Under the pieces are notes generated by a model, which made no database searches, had not been told where the DNA came from, and was given only the letters and a program-made list of their open reading frames with translations. Below are positions 37,813-47,979 of a stretch of DNA of 64,000 nt, piece after piece (position 1 is the first letter of the stretch; each line of letters opens with the position of its first letter). This DNA comes from an uncultured Candidatus Binatia bacterium. GTDB lineage: Bacteria > Desulfobacterota > Binatia > UBA9968 > JAJDTQ01. The position numbers and the translations under genes are program-made. Location: contig OZ244070.1 of NCBI GenBank assembly GCA_965215605.1, positions 2,400,001 to 2,464,000 of the forward strand, given 5' to 3'.

Positions 37813-38478
37813 ATGACGAAATGGTCCACATTCGGACGCGCCGTTCCCGGAGAGATCAACGCACCCTGGTCCGGCACCATCGTCTCCGTGCAGCCCCGGA
37901 TACGGCTGCTGCGTTCTCTCGACGAGCGCTCCCACAGCTATCATGGCTACGTGCTGCGGATCGACGGGACCTGCGCCGGCGAGCGCGGGGAGGCCGCCAT
38001 CGCCGTGGGCCGGGGGGCGCACGCGAAGCACCGGTTTCGCGCCGGCATGGAGGTGAGCGGCGTAGCGGTGCCCGTGGCCAACCCGAACACCGAAACGGCG
38101 GGGTGGTACAAGGCGAGCCGCCTCAAGATCCTCCGGGAGGCAGAGGTGGAGGCGCCGGCCGGGCCGCCGTTCCATGGCGTGCCGCCGGATCTGGAAACCT
38201 ACCGCGAGCGCGGACATCGGCGGTTAAGCCCGCGCACCTACGCAAGCCGGTGCGCGACGTGCATGTGGGGTTGCCGGATGCCCGTCGGCATCATACTGGA
38301 TCAATGGAACCCTTCGCGGCAACGGTACAGGGTCGAGACTTTCTGCTATGGTCCGAAGAGTTGCCGTTTCTATCGGGCCGGTCGCGAGCGCACGGTTCCG
38401 GCGAAAGACGGGTTGTCGTACACCGAGGGCGACTGGGTCGACGAGTCGGCCACCGCGCACAGGGGGCCGGACGACTAG
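37813..38478 (+). CDS. Hypothetical Cys-rich protein, 221 aa
   Basis: Beta-rich N-terminus; CATCMWGC and FCYGPKSC; upstream inverted repeat. Confidence 0.6.
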   Translation: MTKWSTFGRAVPGEINAPWSGTIVSVQPRIRLLRSLDERSHSYHGYVLRIDGTCAGERGEAAIAVGRGAHAKHRFRAGMEVSGVAVPVANPNTETAGWYKASRLKILREAEVEAPAGPPFHGVPPDLETYRERGHRRLSPRTYASRCATCMWGCRMPVGIILDQWNPSRQRYRVETFCYGPKSCRFYRAGRERTVPAKDGLSYTEGDWVDESATAHRGPDD

Positions 38479-38526
38479 CCGGACACCACGCCGGCATGGC
38501 GGACCTGTCACGGGACACCAGGCACC

Positions 38527-39360
38527 ATGAGCCAGCACTCACATCCACACTCGGCAAACGCGCAGTTTCACGATCCTGCGCACGCGGCGGAGTTCGACAG
38601 GAAGGCGGCCGTGTCCGATATCCGCGGACAGTTGGCGGAGCGCCTGATCGAGGCCATGGCGCTGCGCGGCGACGAGACCGTGCTCGACGTGGCCACCGGC
38701 ACGGGCCGCTTCGCCCGGCCGGTTTCCGGAAACCTGGCTGATGGGAGCGTGGTGGGCATCGACCCGGCGCTGGCCATGCTGCGGGTGTCGCGCGACCCGG
38801 ACGCGGACCCCATTCCCCGCTACGGCCGGGTCGCCGCCACGGCCGAGCGCATGCCGCTGAAGGGTAGCATCTTCGACTGCGCGTGGGTGGCCTTCAGCCT
38901 GCATCACTTCGTCAGCGCCACGGACATGCTGCGGGAGGCGGGGCGGGTGCTCAAGCCGGGCGGCCGCCTCTTCATCCTCGATCCGATCATCGCGGCGGCG
39001 GACGACGCGCTCGACGCGGCCGTCAACAGCCTCATCAACGAGGTCTTCCAGCGCTCCCACGGCGCCGGATTCCGCTTTTTCGCGCAGGAAGAGATCCGGC
39101 GCCTCATGACCGACGGCGGCATGGAGGTGGTGCGCGACGATCTCCACACCTACCCGGTGGATCAGGACGGCACCGACGGCATTCCCACCGGCCGGCACTG
39201 GATCGAGGTAATGGACGAGCTGGAACGGAGGCCGCCGGAGTTGAAGGCGCGCTTCCAGGAGAGATACTTTCGTTACGACAAGACCGGCGATGGGGTTCAC
39301 CTCAGCGGCGGCTTCCACTTCGGCCTCGTCGCTGGCGAGAAACGGCTCGGCACCGACTGA
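38527..39360 (+). CDS. Class I SAM-dependent methyltransferase
   Basis: VLDVATGTG, GIDP, AERMP, SLHH, RVLKPGG. Confidence 0.85.
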   Translation: MSQHSHPHSANAQFHDPAHAAEFDRKAAVSDIRGQLAERLIEAMALRGDETVLDVATGTGRFARPVSGNLADGSVVGIDPALAMLRVSRDPDADPIPRYGRVAATAERMPLKGSIFDCAWVAFSLHHFVSATDMLREAGRVLKPGGRLFILDPIIAAADDALDAAVNSLINEVFQRSHGAGFRFFAQEEIRRLMTDGGMEVVRDDLHTYPVDQDGTDGIPTGRHWIEVMDELERRPPELKARFQERYFRYDKTGDGVHLSGGFHFGLVAGEKRLGTD

Positions 39361-39371
39361 AGGAGCACCTC

Positions 39372-40268
39372 ATGAAAACGCCATCATCACTGATCACCCT
39401 GGGAACCTCCGGCGGACCGTCGTTGACCCCCCGCCGGGCGCAGACCTCGCACCTGCTCACCGTCAACGGCACCTACTACGTGGTGGATGCCGGCGACGGG
39501 GTGGCGCGGCGCATGGCCCGGGCCGGCGCGGACGTGCGCAAGGTGGGGATCATCTTTCTGACCCACCACCACGACGACCACACGGCGGGCCTCGGCACCC
39601 TCATGTCCCTGGCTTGGGACGGCCAGCGTACCGAACCCATCAACGTCTACGGACCGCCCCGGACCCAGGAGCTGGTGGACGCCACAATTCGGTATTGCAG
39701 TATCAGCGCCGACATTCGTATCGCCGACGGCGGCCGGAGCGTTCCGCTGGACAAGGTGTTCTTCGGGCACGACGTGGGCATCGGGGAGGTCTACCAGGAC
39801 GACAACGTGCGCGTGACGGCCGTGGAGAACACCCACTTCAGCTTCCACCGGGGCGACAAGGAGGGCCGCTACAAGTCCTACTCCTATCGCTTCGAGACTC
39901 CGGACCGGGTCATCATGTTCACCGGCGACACCGGCGCCAGCGCCGCCGTCACCGCGCTGGCAAAGGATGCGGACGTGCTGGTGACCGAGACCTCCTCGTG
40001 CGACGAACGCAAGAACGCGATGATCCAGGACGGCCGCTGGCAGGCCATGAGCGCGGCCGAGCAGGAAGGCATCATGCGCCAGGCGACCCAGGGGCACATG
40101 GGCCTGGAGAACATCGGCAAGCTGGCGACGCAGGCGGCCGTCAGGAAGGTGGTGCTTTCCCACTTCACCCGCCGCGTCGGCACCAACGACTACGAGCCTT
40201 GGGCCGAAGAGGTGAGGAAGCACTACTCCGGCGAGGTGGTGGTCGCCGAGGACCTGATGGAGTTCTAG
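39372..40268 (+). CDS. MBL-fold metallohydrolase (RNase Z/AtsA-like)
   Basis: LGTSGGP, VDAGDG, THHHDDH, FTGDT, VLSH; AAGGAG RBS. Confidence 0.87.
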   Translation: MKTPSSLITLGTSGGPSLTPRRAQTSHLLTVNGTYYVVDAGDGVARRMARAGADVRKVGIIFLTHHHDDHTAGLGTLMSLAWDGQRTEPINVYGPPRTQELVDATIRYCSISADIRIADGGRSVPLDKVFFGHDVGIGEVYQDDNVRVTAVENTHFSFHRGDKEGRYKSYSYRFETPDRVIMFTGDTGASAAVTALAKDADVLVTETSSCDERKNAMIQDGRWQAMSAAEQEGIMRQATQGHMGLENIGKLATQAAVRKVVLSHFTRRVGTNDYEPWAEEVRKHYSGEVVVAEDLMEF

Positions 40269-40294
40269 TCGCAACTCCCGCGAAGGGTCCGGCC

Positions 40295-42502
40295 ATGAAG
40301 ATCATCGGCACCGCGGCGGCGCGGGTGGACGGCGTCGCCAAGGTCACGGGACAGGCCGAATACGCCTCGGACCTCACGTTGTCGGGCATGCTCTGCGGCA
40401 AGATCCTGCGGAGCCCCCACCCCCACGCCCGCATCGTCTCCATCGACACGCGCGCGGCGGAGCGGCTCCCCGGCGTCCGCGCCGTGCTCACGCGCGAGGA
40501 CTTCCGCAACCGGAACCCCTGGTTCAGCGGCCGGATCCAGGACCATCCCATCGTGGCGCTGGAGCGCGCGCTCTTCGCGGGCCAGCCGGTGGCCGCGGTG
40601 GCGGCGGACGACGAGGCCGCCGCGGAAGACGCGCTCCGCGCGGTGGCGGTGGAGTACGAACCGCTGTCCGCGGTGGTCACCATCGAGGAGGCCGTCGCCG
40701 ACGGCGCGCCGCAAGTCCACGAGGCCGCGCCCGGCAACATCTGCTTCAGCGACCGGCTCGAGAAGGGCGACGTGGCGGCCGGGTTCGCCGAGGCCGACAC
40801 CGTGGTGGAGGACACCTTCACCTTCCCCATGGTGTACCACTACGCCATGGAGCCCCACGCGGCCATCGCCAAGGTGGATGCCGAGGGGGTGACGGTGTGG
40901 AGCTCCTGCGCCCACCCCTTCGGCGTGCAGCTCGAGCTGGCCCACATCTTCGGCCTTCCGCTTGCGAGCGTCCGAGTCATCATCCCCTACGTGGGCGGCG
41001 CCTACGGCAGCAAGTCCGGGGCCAAGATCGAGCCCCTGGCGGTGGCGCTGGCGCAGAAATGCGGCCGGCCGGTCCGGGTGGCCCAGAACGTCTCCGAGGC
41101 CATGATGACCGTGCGGCGCCACTCGGCCCTGTGCCGGGTGCGCACCGGCGCCAGGCGGGACGGCACCCTGGTGGCCAGGCAGGCGGAGATCTTCCTCAAC
41201 ACCGGCGCCTTCGCGGAGCTTGGGCCGGTGGTGACCAGCCGCACCCTCACCCGCATCCTGGGGCCGTACCGCATCCCCAATCTCCGGGTGGAGTCCCACT
41301 GCGTGTACACCAACACCGTGTCGGCGGCATCGTTCCGCTCCATCGGCGGCCCGCAGACCGCTTGGGCCAACGAGTCGCAGATGGACATCCTCGCCGACGA
41401 GTTGGGCCTCGACCCCCTGACCTTCCGTCTGAAGAACCTGCTCTACCGGGGCGAGGAGTTGAAGCCCGGCGGCAAGCCGCTGGACGCCGACCTCCGGGAG
41501 GGGCTCGGCCGGGTCACCGAGCGGATGGGATGGGACGGACCCGTGGCCGCCTCCGGGAAGGGCCGGGGGCTGGCGTTCGGGGTCACCGACCCGGGGGCGC
41601 CGCTGGCGTCCACCTCCACCGTGCACGCCCTCTCGGACGGCAGCGTGGTGCTGCTCGTCGGCACCTCGGAGATTGGCCAGGGATCGCGCACCGTCATGAG
41701 CCAGATCGTGGCCGAGGAGCTTCGCGTCCCGTTCGACAAGGTGCGGGTGCGTCCGCCGGACACCGCCTACACGCCCTACGACCGCTCCACCGGGTCCAGC
41801 CGTTCCACCACGGTGATGGGCAAGGCCACGCAGTTGGCCGCGGCCGATGCCCGCGAACAGATCCTGGAGCTGGCCATGGAGCGCTTCGAGGCGCCCCGGG
41901 AGGCCGTCGAGCTCGCCGATGGCGAGGCCCGGGCGGGCGGCCAAGGTGTTTCCTACGGCGAGCTGATCCGCAACCATTTCGCTATGCAGGGAGGTGAGAT
42001 CGTGGGCCGCGGCTACGCCCACAGCGGCATGGCCCCGACCCCCGCCAACCCGCTCTTCTGGGAGATCGGCATCGGCGCCGCCGAGGTCGACGTGGACCGG
42101 GACACGGGCGAGGTCCGGCTCGGCCGTTACGTCATGGCCGCCGACGTGGGCAAGGCCCTGAACCCGCTCCAATGCGAAGGCCAGGACGAGGGCGCCGCCA
42201 TGATGGGCATCGGCCACGCGCTGATGGAGTCCATCGAGTACGGCGACGGCCAGATCCTGAACCCGAACCTGGTGGACTACCGCGTGCCGAGCTTCGAGAA
42301 CCTGCCGGCGACCTTCGAATCGATATTGGTGGAGAACGGTGACGGCCCCGGCCCCTACGGCGCCAAGGGCATGGGAGAGGGCGGCATCATCCCGGTGGCG
42401 CCCGCCGTGGCCAACGCGGTGTTCCGCTGCACCGGCGCCCGCGTCAAGGACCTGCCGCTGACCCCGGAGAAGGTGTGGCGCGCCATGCGCCGAAACGGAT
42501 AA
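40295..42502 (+). CDS. Xanthine dehydrogenase-family molybdopterin-binding subunit
   Basis: KVTGQAEY, RSPHPHARI, MEPH, GGAYGSK, EIGQG, AKGMGEGG; ATG at 40295. Confidence 0.93.
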   Translation: MKIIGTAAARVDGVAKVTGQAEYASDLTLSGMLCGKILRSPHPHARIVSIDTRAAERLPGVRAVLTREDFRNRNPWFSGRIQDHPIVALERALFAGQPVAAVAADDEAAAEDALRAVAVEYEPLSAVVTIEEAVADGAPQVHEAAPGNICFSDRLEKGDVAAGFAEADTVVEDTFTFPMVYHYAMEPHAAIAKVDAEGVTVWSSCAHPFGVQLELAHIFGLPLASVRVIIPYVGGAYGSKSGAKIEPLAVALAQKCGRPVRVAQNVSEAMMTVRRHSALCRVRTGARRDGTLVARQAEIFLNTGAFAELGPVVTSRTLTRILGPYRIPNLRVESHCVYTNTVSAASFRSIGGPQTAWANESQMDILADELGLDPLTFRLKNLLYRGEELKPGGKPLDADLREGLGRVTERMGWDGPVAASGKGRGLAFGVTDPGAPLASTSTVHALSDGSVVLLVGTSEIGQGSRTVMSQIVAEELRVPFDKVRVRPPDTAYTPYDRSTGSSRSTTVMGKATQLAAADAREQILELAMERFEAPREAVELADGEARAGGQGVSYGELIRNHFAMQGGEIVGRGYAHSGMAPTPANPLFWEIGIGAAEVDVDRDTGEVRLGRYVMAADVGKALNPLQCEGQDEGAAMMGIGHALMESIEYGDGQILNPNLVDYRVPSFENLPATFESILVENGDGPGPYGAKGMGEGGIIPVAPAVANAVFRCTGARVKDLPLTPEKVWRAMRRNG

Positions 42503-42526
42503 GGGCGGGTCCGGGACCCGCCCTTA
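42500..42526. repeat. REP-like palindrome or bidirectional terminator
   Basis: TAAGGGCGGGTC-CGG-GACCCGCCCTTA, a 12-bp stem between convergent genes. Confidence 0.55.
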
Positions 42527-42551
42527 CTCAAACAGGCGTGTAAACGCGTTC

Positions 42552-43616
42552 CTACAGTCCGTAGAAGACCCGCGAGTTGGTGTTGAGGATCTTCTCGGCC
42601 TGATTGTTGTCGATCCGCCCCTCGTCCACCCAGTTGCGCACCTCGTTGAGGCCGCTCAGGTTGGCGGAGATGTCGGTGTGGCTGTAGTCCGTGCCGACGA
42701 TCAGGTGGTCCTCGGTGTGGAACTTCAGGAGCGACTCGATATCGTCGATGGGATCGATGGTGATGTAGGTGCGATTCTTGCGGAAGATGTCGGGGTCGAG
42801 GTCGCACAGTTGCGGCAGGGCGGTGCCCGTGCCGCGGAGCGCTGCGCGCTTGGTCGCGCCCAGTTGTGACAGCACGTAGGGAATCCACGACGCCCCGGAC
42901 TCGATGAAGCCGAAGCGCAGGTTGGGGAACATCTCCGGCACCTTGGAGGTCACCAGTTCGGCGAAGGCGTACATGATGGGGAAGCCCCGGTCCCACTCGC
43001 GCGAGGGCAGCGGGTGGCCCGTGTGGAAGCACAGGGGCATGTCCAGGCGGTTGGCCTCCTCGTACACCGGGAAGAAGTGCGGGTCGGTGACCTTGCGGCC
43101 GATGTCGAAGCCGCGCTTGAAGACGCCGCAGGCGCCGTGCTCCTTGGCCCAGCGCAGCTCCTCGATGCCCATTTCCGGATTCAGCCACGGCAGCACCGCG
43201 GCCCACTGAAGCCGCCCGTTGGTGGGCGCGCACTTCTCGGCCAGCCAGCGGTTGTAGGTTGTGGCGAGCGCCCATTCGGCTTCGGCGTTCTGTGTGTTGT
43301 GGCGGATGAAAAAGGTCGGGAAGATCACCTGGATGTCCACGCCCATCTCGTCCATGTGGGCCACCCGCCCCTCCACGTCGTCCAGCTCCCGCCGCACCCG
43401 CGGCGGATGGTTGATCTCGTCCCGCACCGCGCGGTTCTGCAGCCTGCCCTCCACCACCCAACTGCGCCGCGTGGTGGTGTTGAAACCGGCCCGGTTCGCC
43501 TCGTCATCGGACATGTGGACCGTCACGGGCATGTACTTCGCGTAAGGCGTCCCTTCCAACGCGGCCCAGGTGGCATCGGACTCGTCGACATGGGTATCGG
43601 CATCGATCACGGACAT
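42552..43616 (-). CDS. Amidohydrolase_2-family protein
   Basis: IDADTHV, MDEMGVD, YNRWLAE, FHTG, ESGASW, GTDYSH; GGAGG RBS. Confidence 0.88.
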   Translation of the reverse strand: MSVIDADTHVDESDATWAALEGTPYAKYMPVTVHMSDDEANRAGFNTTTRRSWVVEGRLQNRAVRDEINHPPRVRRELDDVEGRVAHMDEMGVDIQVIFPTFFIRHNTQNAEAEWALATTYNRWLAEKCAPTNGRLQWAAVLPWLNPEMGIEELRWAKEHGACGVFKRGFDIGRKVTDPHFFPVYEEANRLDMPLCFHTGHPLPSREWDRGFPIMYAFAELVTSKVPEMFPNLRFGFIESGASWIPYVLSQLGATKRAALRGTGTALPQLCDLDPDIFRKNRTYITIDPIDDIESLLKFHTEDHLIVGTDYSHTDISANLSGLNEVRNWVDEGRIDNNQAEKILNTNSRVFYGL

Positions 43617-43829
43617 GGCAAAACCTCCTGCGCCTGACACGGCCGGACTGGGTACAGCCGGCATCTAACAGGCTGGCATCACAATTTTTCCTGTACCCTA
43701 GCAACTATCGCGGGTCTCGGCAATTTCAGCGTATGGCCTTCCGGCCATCTTCGGCCGCGCCGCTCCGCCCCGGGATACTTATGCCGCATATTGCTTGCTG
43801 TCTGCTGTCACCGATGTCAGAATGCGGTC

Positions 43830-44066
43830 ATGCCGGTACAGATTACCATTCGAGGCGTTCCGGAGCATGTGCGCGACGAACTCGCGGTGCGGGCGGCGTC
43901 GCAGCGGCAATCCATGCAGGAATATCTCCGTTGCGAGCTGGAGCGCATCGCGTCCCGGCCCTCCCTCGACGCGTGGCTGCAGGGCGTCCGTGAGCGCAAG
44001 GAAGCGGCGGGCTCGCGCGTCGGACCTGCGGGCATCCTGCGCGCCCGTGACGCGGACCGGACGTGA
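43830..44066 (+). CDS. FitA-like ribbon-helix-helix antitoxin
   Basis: QITIRGVPEHVRDELAVRAA..QSMQEYLR. Confidence 0.82.
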   Translation: MPVQITIRGVPEHVRDELAVRAASQRQSMQEYLRCELERIASRPSLDAWLQGVRERKEAAGSRVGPAGILRARDADRT

Positions 44067-44464
44067 TCGTCCTTGACGCATCCGTGCTGGTCGCGGCGTT
44101 GGTAGACTCGGGTCACGAGGGGCGGTGGGCGGAAACCCTGGTCGCCGAAGGGGACTTGGCAGTCCCCGAGTTGGCGCTGGTCGAGGCGACCAACATCCTG
44201 CGTCGGCTGGAACGGTCCGGCGAGATCTCGCGGCTGGAGGCCAACAGCGCACACCGGGACCTGTTGCGGTTGGACGTGGATTTGTTCCCGTTCGCGCCTC
44301 TTGCCGATCGCGTATGGGCCTTGCGGAGCAATCTGACGGCTTACGACGCTTGGTACGTCGCACTGGCCGAAGCGCTGGGTTGCCCGTTGGCGACCCTCGA
44401 CCGGAAGCTCGGTCGCGCCCCGGGTCCGGTGTGTGAGATCGTCGTGCCAACGGGTCGTCGATGA
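44063..44464 (+). CDS. VapC/PIN toxin
   Basis: IVLDASV, E, LTAYDAWYVALAE, LATLD; GTGA overlap. Confidence 0.9.
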   Translation: MIVLDASVLVAALVDSGHEGRWAETLVAEGDLAVPELALVEATNILRRLERSGEISRLEANSAHRDLLRLDVDLFPFAPLADRVWALRSNLTAYDAWYVALAEALGCPLATLDRKLGRAPGPVCEIVVPTGRR

Positions 44465-44584
44465 TCGGTCATATTCGAAGAAGCCCGTGACCTCCAAGGA
44501 AACTAGGCTGAGTTGGAAATCTACGACGAGCAACGGCGTCGCTTCGATTGGTGATCTGGCCAACGACAGGGGAGAGCTTGAGGC

Positions 44585-46651
44585 ATGATCTATCAGCCAG
44601 ATGCTGCTCTGAAACTGCTGCGATTGGGTTCCGGTAGATTTGACGCAGAGTTTCGCGAGGGCCAAGAAGAGGCTATCCAGCATGTCGTGAGCGGGAGTGG
44701 CCGGTTGTTGGTTGTGCAGAAGACCGGTTGGGGCAAGAGCTTTGTCTACTTCATCGCGACGAAGCTGCTTCGTGAAGGAGGTATGGGTCCTGTACTTCTC
44801 ATTAGTCCACTACTTGCGCTTATGCGTAACCAGATCGCCGCGGCTGAGCGGATGGGGGTTCGCGCTGAGACAATTCATTCCGACAATCAGTACCGTTGGG
44901 AGCAGGTCGAAAACGCTGTCCATCGTGACGAGGTGGATATCCTGCTCATCTCACCCGAAAGGTTGGCCAATGAACGTTTCCGTGCCGAGGTGCTCGGGAA
45001 GATTGCAGATCGTATTGCATTTCTGGTGATCGATGAGGCGCATTGCATCTCGGACTGGGGTCACGACTTCCGCCCTCATTACCGGCTGATCGAACGCATC
45101 GTGCGCACCTTGCCGTCGAATCTTCGCTTGCTGGCGACTACTGCCACGGCAAACAACCGGGTAATTGTCGATTTGACCGAAGTGCTCGGGCCAAACTTGA
45201 AAATATCCCGTGGCGATCTCAACCGACCTTCCCTTGTTCTTCAGACGATTCGGTTGCCGAGTCAGGCTGAGCGACTTGCGTGGTTGGAGCAACAATTGCG
45301 CGTTCTTTCGGGTCACGGGATCATCTACACGCTCACGGTCCGTGATGCGGAACAGGTCAGTGAGTGGCTCCGTTCCCGTGGCCTGGACGTTGCCGCCTAC
45401 ACGAGTGAAACGGATCGGCGCCCGGAACTGGAAGAAGCTCTTCTTCAAAACAGAATAAAGGCACTTGTGGCGACCACAGCCTTGGGCATGGGCTTTGACA
45501 AACCGGATCTGGCTTTTGTTATCCACTACCAGGCGCCGGGGTCCGCGGTGGCGTACTATCAGCAGGTCGGTCGTGCCGGGAGGGCACTCGATGCGGCGTA
45601 TGGCGTGCTGTTGAGCGGCGAGGAAGAAACCGAGATCACTGATTACTTCGTCAACAGTGCGTTTCCCACGCGTGCTGAAGTCCGAGAGATCCTGGATGCC
45701 CTGGAGCGGGAACCTGATGGTTTGTCGGTTCCGGAGATTGAGGGAGCAGTCAACATCAGCACTGGTCGCATCCAGAAGACGATGCAGCTCCTTTCTTTGG
45801 AAGCTCCGTCGCCGGTTGCCAAGGACGGAGCCAAATGGCAATTGACTGCTGCGGTCCTAAACCCTGGCTTCTGGGAACGGGCGGAGCGACTCACCGAACT
45901 ACGGAAGAGGGAACAGGAACAGATGCAGGAATACGTGGGTCTCGACTCCGGTCACATGGAGTTTCTTGTGCGAGCGTTGGATGGAGACCCGGAGGGCATG
46001 TCTCCGCCAAGCTTGCCGCCTTTGGCGACGGAGCCGGACCCGGCTCTGGTTCGGACGGCGGTCACTTTTCTTCGACGCAAGAGCCTGCCGTTCGAACCGC
46101 GAATGCAATGGCCTTCTGGAGGCCTACAACATTATACGCTGTCTGGGCGAATAGATCCCGGGCTGCAGGCTCAACCCGGCAAGGCACTATGCGTTTGGGG
46201 CGACGCTGGTTGGGGCGGTTTGGTGCGCCAGGGGAAGTACGGTGACGGTCACTTCTCGGACGAGTTGGTTGGGGCGTGCCGGAAGTTGATCGAAGATTGG
46301 AGCCCGGAACCGGCGCCCGAATGGGTGACTTGTATCCCGTCACGGCGGCATCCGGAACTTGTCCCTGATTTCGCCAGACGCCTGGCCGACTCTCTTGGGC
46401 TTCCTTTCCGGCAAGTAGTAGTCAAGACGGAAGACCGCCCAGAACAGAAGACGATGGAGAACGGCCCTCAGCAGGCACGCAATGTTGACGGCTCGTTGAC
46501 CTTGACTGTGGAGCCATTGCCTGACGGGCCATTGCTGCTTGTGGATGACATGGTAGACTCGCGTTGGACCTTCACTGTCGCAGCTTGGCTGCTTCGTTCA
46601 AGTGGGAGCGGTGAGGTGTGGCCGTTGGCACTTGCTCAAGTGGGGGGCTGA
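44585..46651 (+). CDS. RecQ-family helicase fused to a C-terminal PRTase/ComF-like domain
   Basis: [47 protein letters not shown]; C-terminal IPSRR..., [13 protein letters not shown]. Confidence 0.88.
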   Translation: MIYQPDAALKLLRLGSGRFDAEFREGQEEAIQHVVSGSGRLLVVQKTGWGKSFVYFIATKLLREGGMGPVLLISPLLALMRNQIAAAERMGVRAETIHSDNQYRWEQVENAVHRDEVDILLISPERLANERFRAEVLGKIADRIAFLVIDEAHCISDWGHDFRPHYRLIERIVRTLPSNLRLLATTATANNRVIVDLTEVLGPNLKISRGDLNRPSLVLQTIRLPSQAERLAWLEQQLRVLSGHGIIYTLTVRDAEQVSEWLRSRGLDVAAYTSETDRRPELEEALLQNRIKALVATTALGMGFDKPDLAFVIHYQAPGSAVAYYQQVGRAGRALDAAYGVLLSGEEETEITDYFVNSAFPTRAEVREILDALEREPDGLSVPEIEGAVNISTGRIQKTMQLLSLEAPSPVAKDGAKWQLTAAVLNPGFWERAERLTELRKREQEQMQEYVGLDSGHMEFLVRALDGDPEGMSPPSLPPLATEPDPALVRTAVTFLRRKSLPFEPRMQWPSGGLQHYTLSGRIDPGLQAQPGKALCVWGDAGWGGLVRQGKYGDGHFSDELVGACRKLIEDWSPEPAPEWVTCIPSRRHPELVPDFARRLADSLGLPFRQVVVKTEDRPEQKTMENGPQQARNVDGSLTLTVEPLPDGPLLLVDDMVDSRWTFTVAAWLLRSSGSGEVWPLALAQVGG

Positions 46652-46653
46652 TA

Positions 46654-47940
46654 ATGAGTGAGACGCTCTCCCCGAACACCAAAGCGATTCTCTTGTTGAC
46701 CGCGCCTTTGATTGTTGGACGCGGCAAGGGGGATGAACCAGCCAACCTCCTTACGCCGAAGGAATACACGAGACTCGCAGTGTATCTCCGAGAGGCGGGA
46801 AGGCAGCCCGCCGATCTGGTGGGCTCGGACACCACTCAACTTCTTGGTGATTGCCATCCCATAGTCGATCAGGATCGGCTCAAGCGTCTCTTGGGCCGAG
46901 GTTTTCTGTTGAGTCAAGCGTTCGAGCGCTGGCAGACAAGGGCGATTTGGGTGCTGAGCCGCGCTGATGATGCTTATCCGCAGAAGCTCAAGGCGCGGTT
47001 GAAGAACGACTCGCCCAGCTTGCTTTATGGCTGCGGGGACCGGGAAATTCTCAACAGCGGGGGATTGGCGGTCGTAGGATCGCGTAACGTGAACGACTCG
47101 TTGGTCGAGTACACTTCCGGAATTGGGTGTCTTGCGGCGAGCGCGCGACGGACCGTGGTATCCGGGGCAGCCAGAGGCGTTGACCAGGCGGCCATGCGAG
47201 CCGCACTGGAGTCGGGTGGCAAAGTCACCGGTGTGCTGGCCGACAGCCTCGAAAAAACCGTCACGAATCGCGAGCACAGAAATCTGTTGTTGGCTGGGCG
47301 GCTTGCCCTGATATCACCTTACGATCCGAATGCGGGTTTCAACACGGGTAACGCCATGCGGCGCAATAGAGTAATCTACGCCTTGGCGGACGCGGCTCTG
47401 GTGGTTAACGCGGATATGAACAAGGGCGGGACTTGGGCCGGTGCGAAAGAACAACTGGACAAGCTGCATCTGGTACCTGTGTATGTGCGTTCGACGGGTG
47501 AAGGATCAGAGGGCCTCGATGCCTTGAGAAACATGGGAGCACTACCGTGGCCGAATCCCGTAGATCCGGACGAACTCGATGCCGTTTTTCAGTCCGATAT
47601 CCGCAAAACGCCAGACCGTCTGACCCAAAGGGCTCTGCCGTTCGATGCTTGGCGGGAATCTGTGGAACCGAAACGACAACCATGGGCAACGCCGGTATCA
47701 CGAACGGCAGACAATCCGAGTCTTGATCCCGCCGAAGAACTGTATCAGACGATACGATCAGTGGTTACTCAACTGCTTGTAGAACCCAAGAGGGCCGCGG
47801 AAGTTGCTGGAGAACTGGATGTCACCAAGCGTCAAGCTGAGGAATGGCTGAAGCGGCTCGTCGCGGAAGGTGTCCTGGAGAAACGCAGCAGACCGGCACG
47901 AAGCTATGTAATACGGCAGGACGAACTGCCAGTGCAGTAA
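46654..47940 (+). CDS. DprA/Smf-like protein with C-terminal wHTH
   Basis: [34 protein letters not shown]; C-terminal [23 protein letters not shown]. Confidence 0.87.
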   Translation: MSETLSPNTKAILLLTAPLIVGRGKGDEPANLLTPKEYTRLAVYLREAGRQPADLVGSDTTQLLGDCHPIVDQDRLKRLLGRGFLLSQAFERWQTRAIWVLSRADDAYPQKLKARLKNDSPSLLYGCGDREILNSGGLAVVGSRNVNDSLVEYTSGIGCLAASARRTVVSGAARGVDQAAMRAALESGGKVTGVLADSLEKTVTNREHRNLLLAGRLALISPYDPNAGFNTGNAMRRNRVIYALADAALVVNADMNKGGTWAGAKEQLDKLHLVPVYVRSTGEGSEGLDALRNMGALPWPNPVDPDELDAVFQSDIRKTPDRLTQRALPFDAWRESVEPKRQPWATPVSRTADNPSLDPAEELYQTIRSVVTQLLVEPKRAAEVAGELDVTKRQAEEWLKRLVAEGVLEKRSRPARSYVIRQDELPVQ

Positions 47941-47979
47941 GCGTCGCGGCGAAAAAGGAATACCCGAAACCTGCGGCCC

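Noticed and set aside
39290-40294. N-terminal extension of the 1070-aa XDH ORF (similar extensions on the hsdM, TPP, FAH and phoX ORFs)
   Set aside because: Open-frame run-ons, mostly overlapping upstream genes; true starts reassigned from motifs and RBS
44465-44588. Possible remnant of a third gene coupled to recQ (frame ending ...RGELEA*, ATGA overlap)
   Set aside because: Too short, with no start codon or motif to support it
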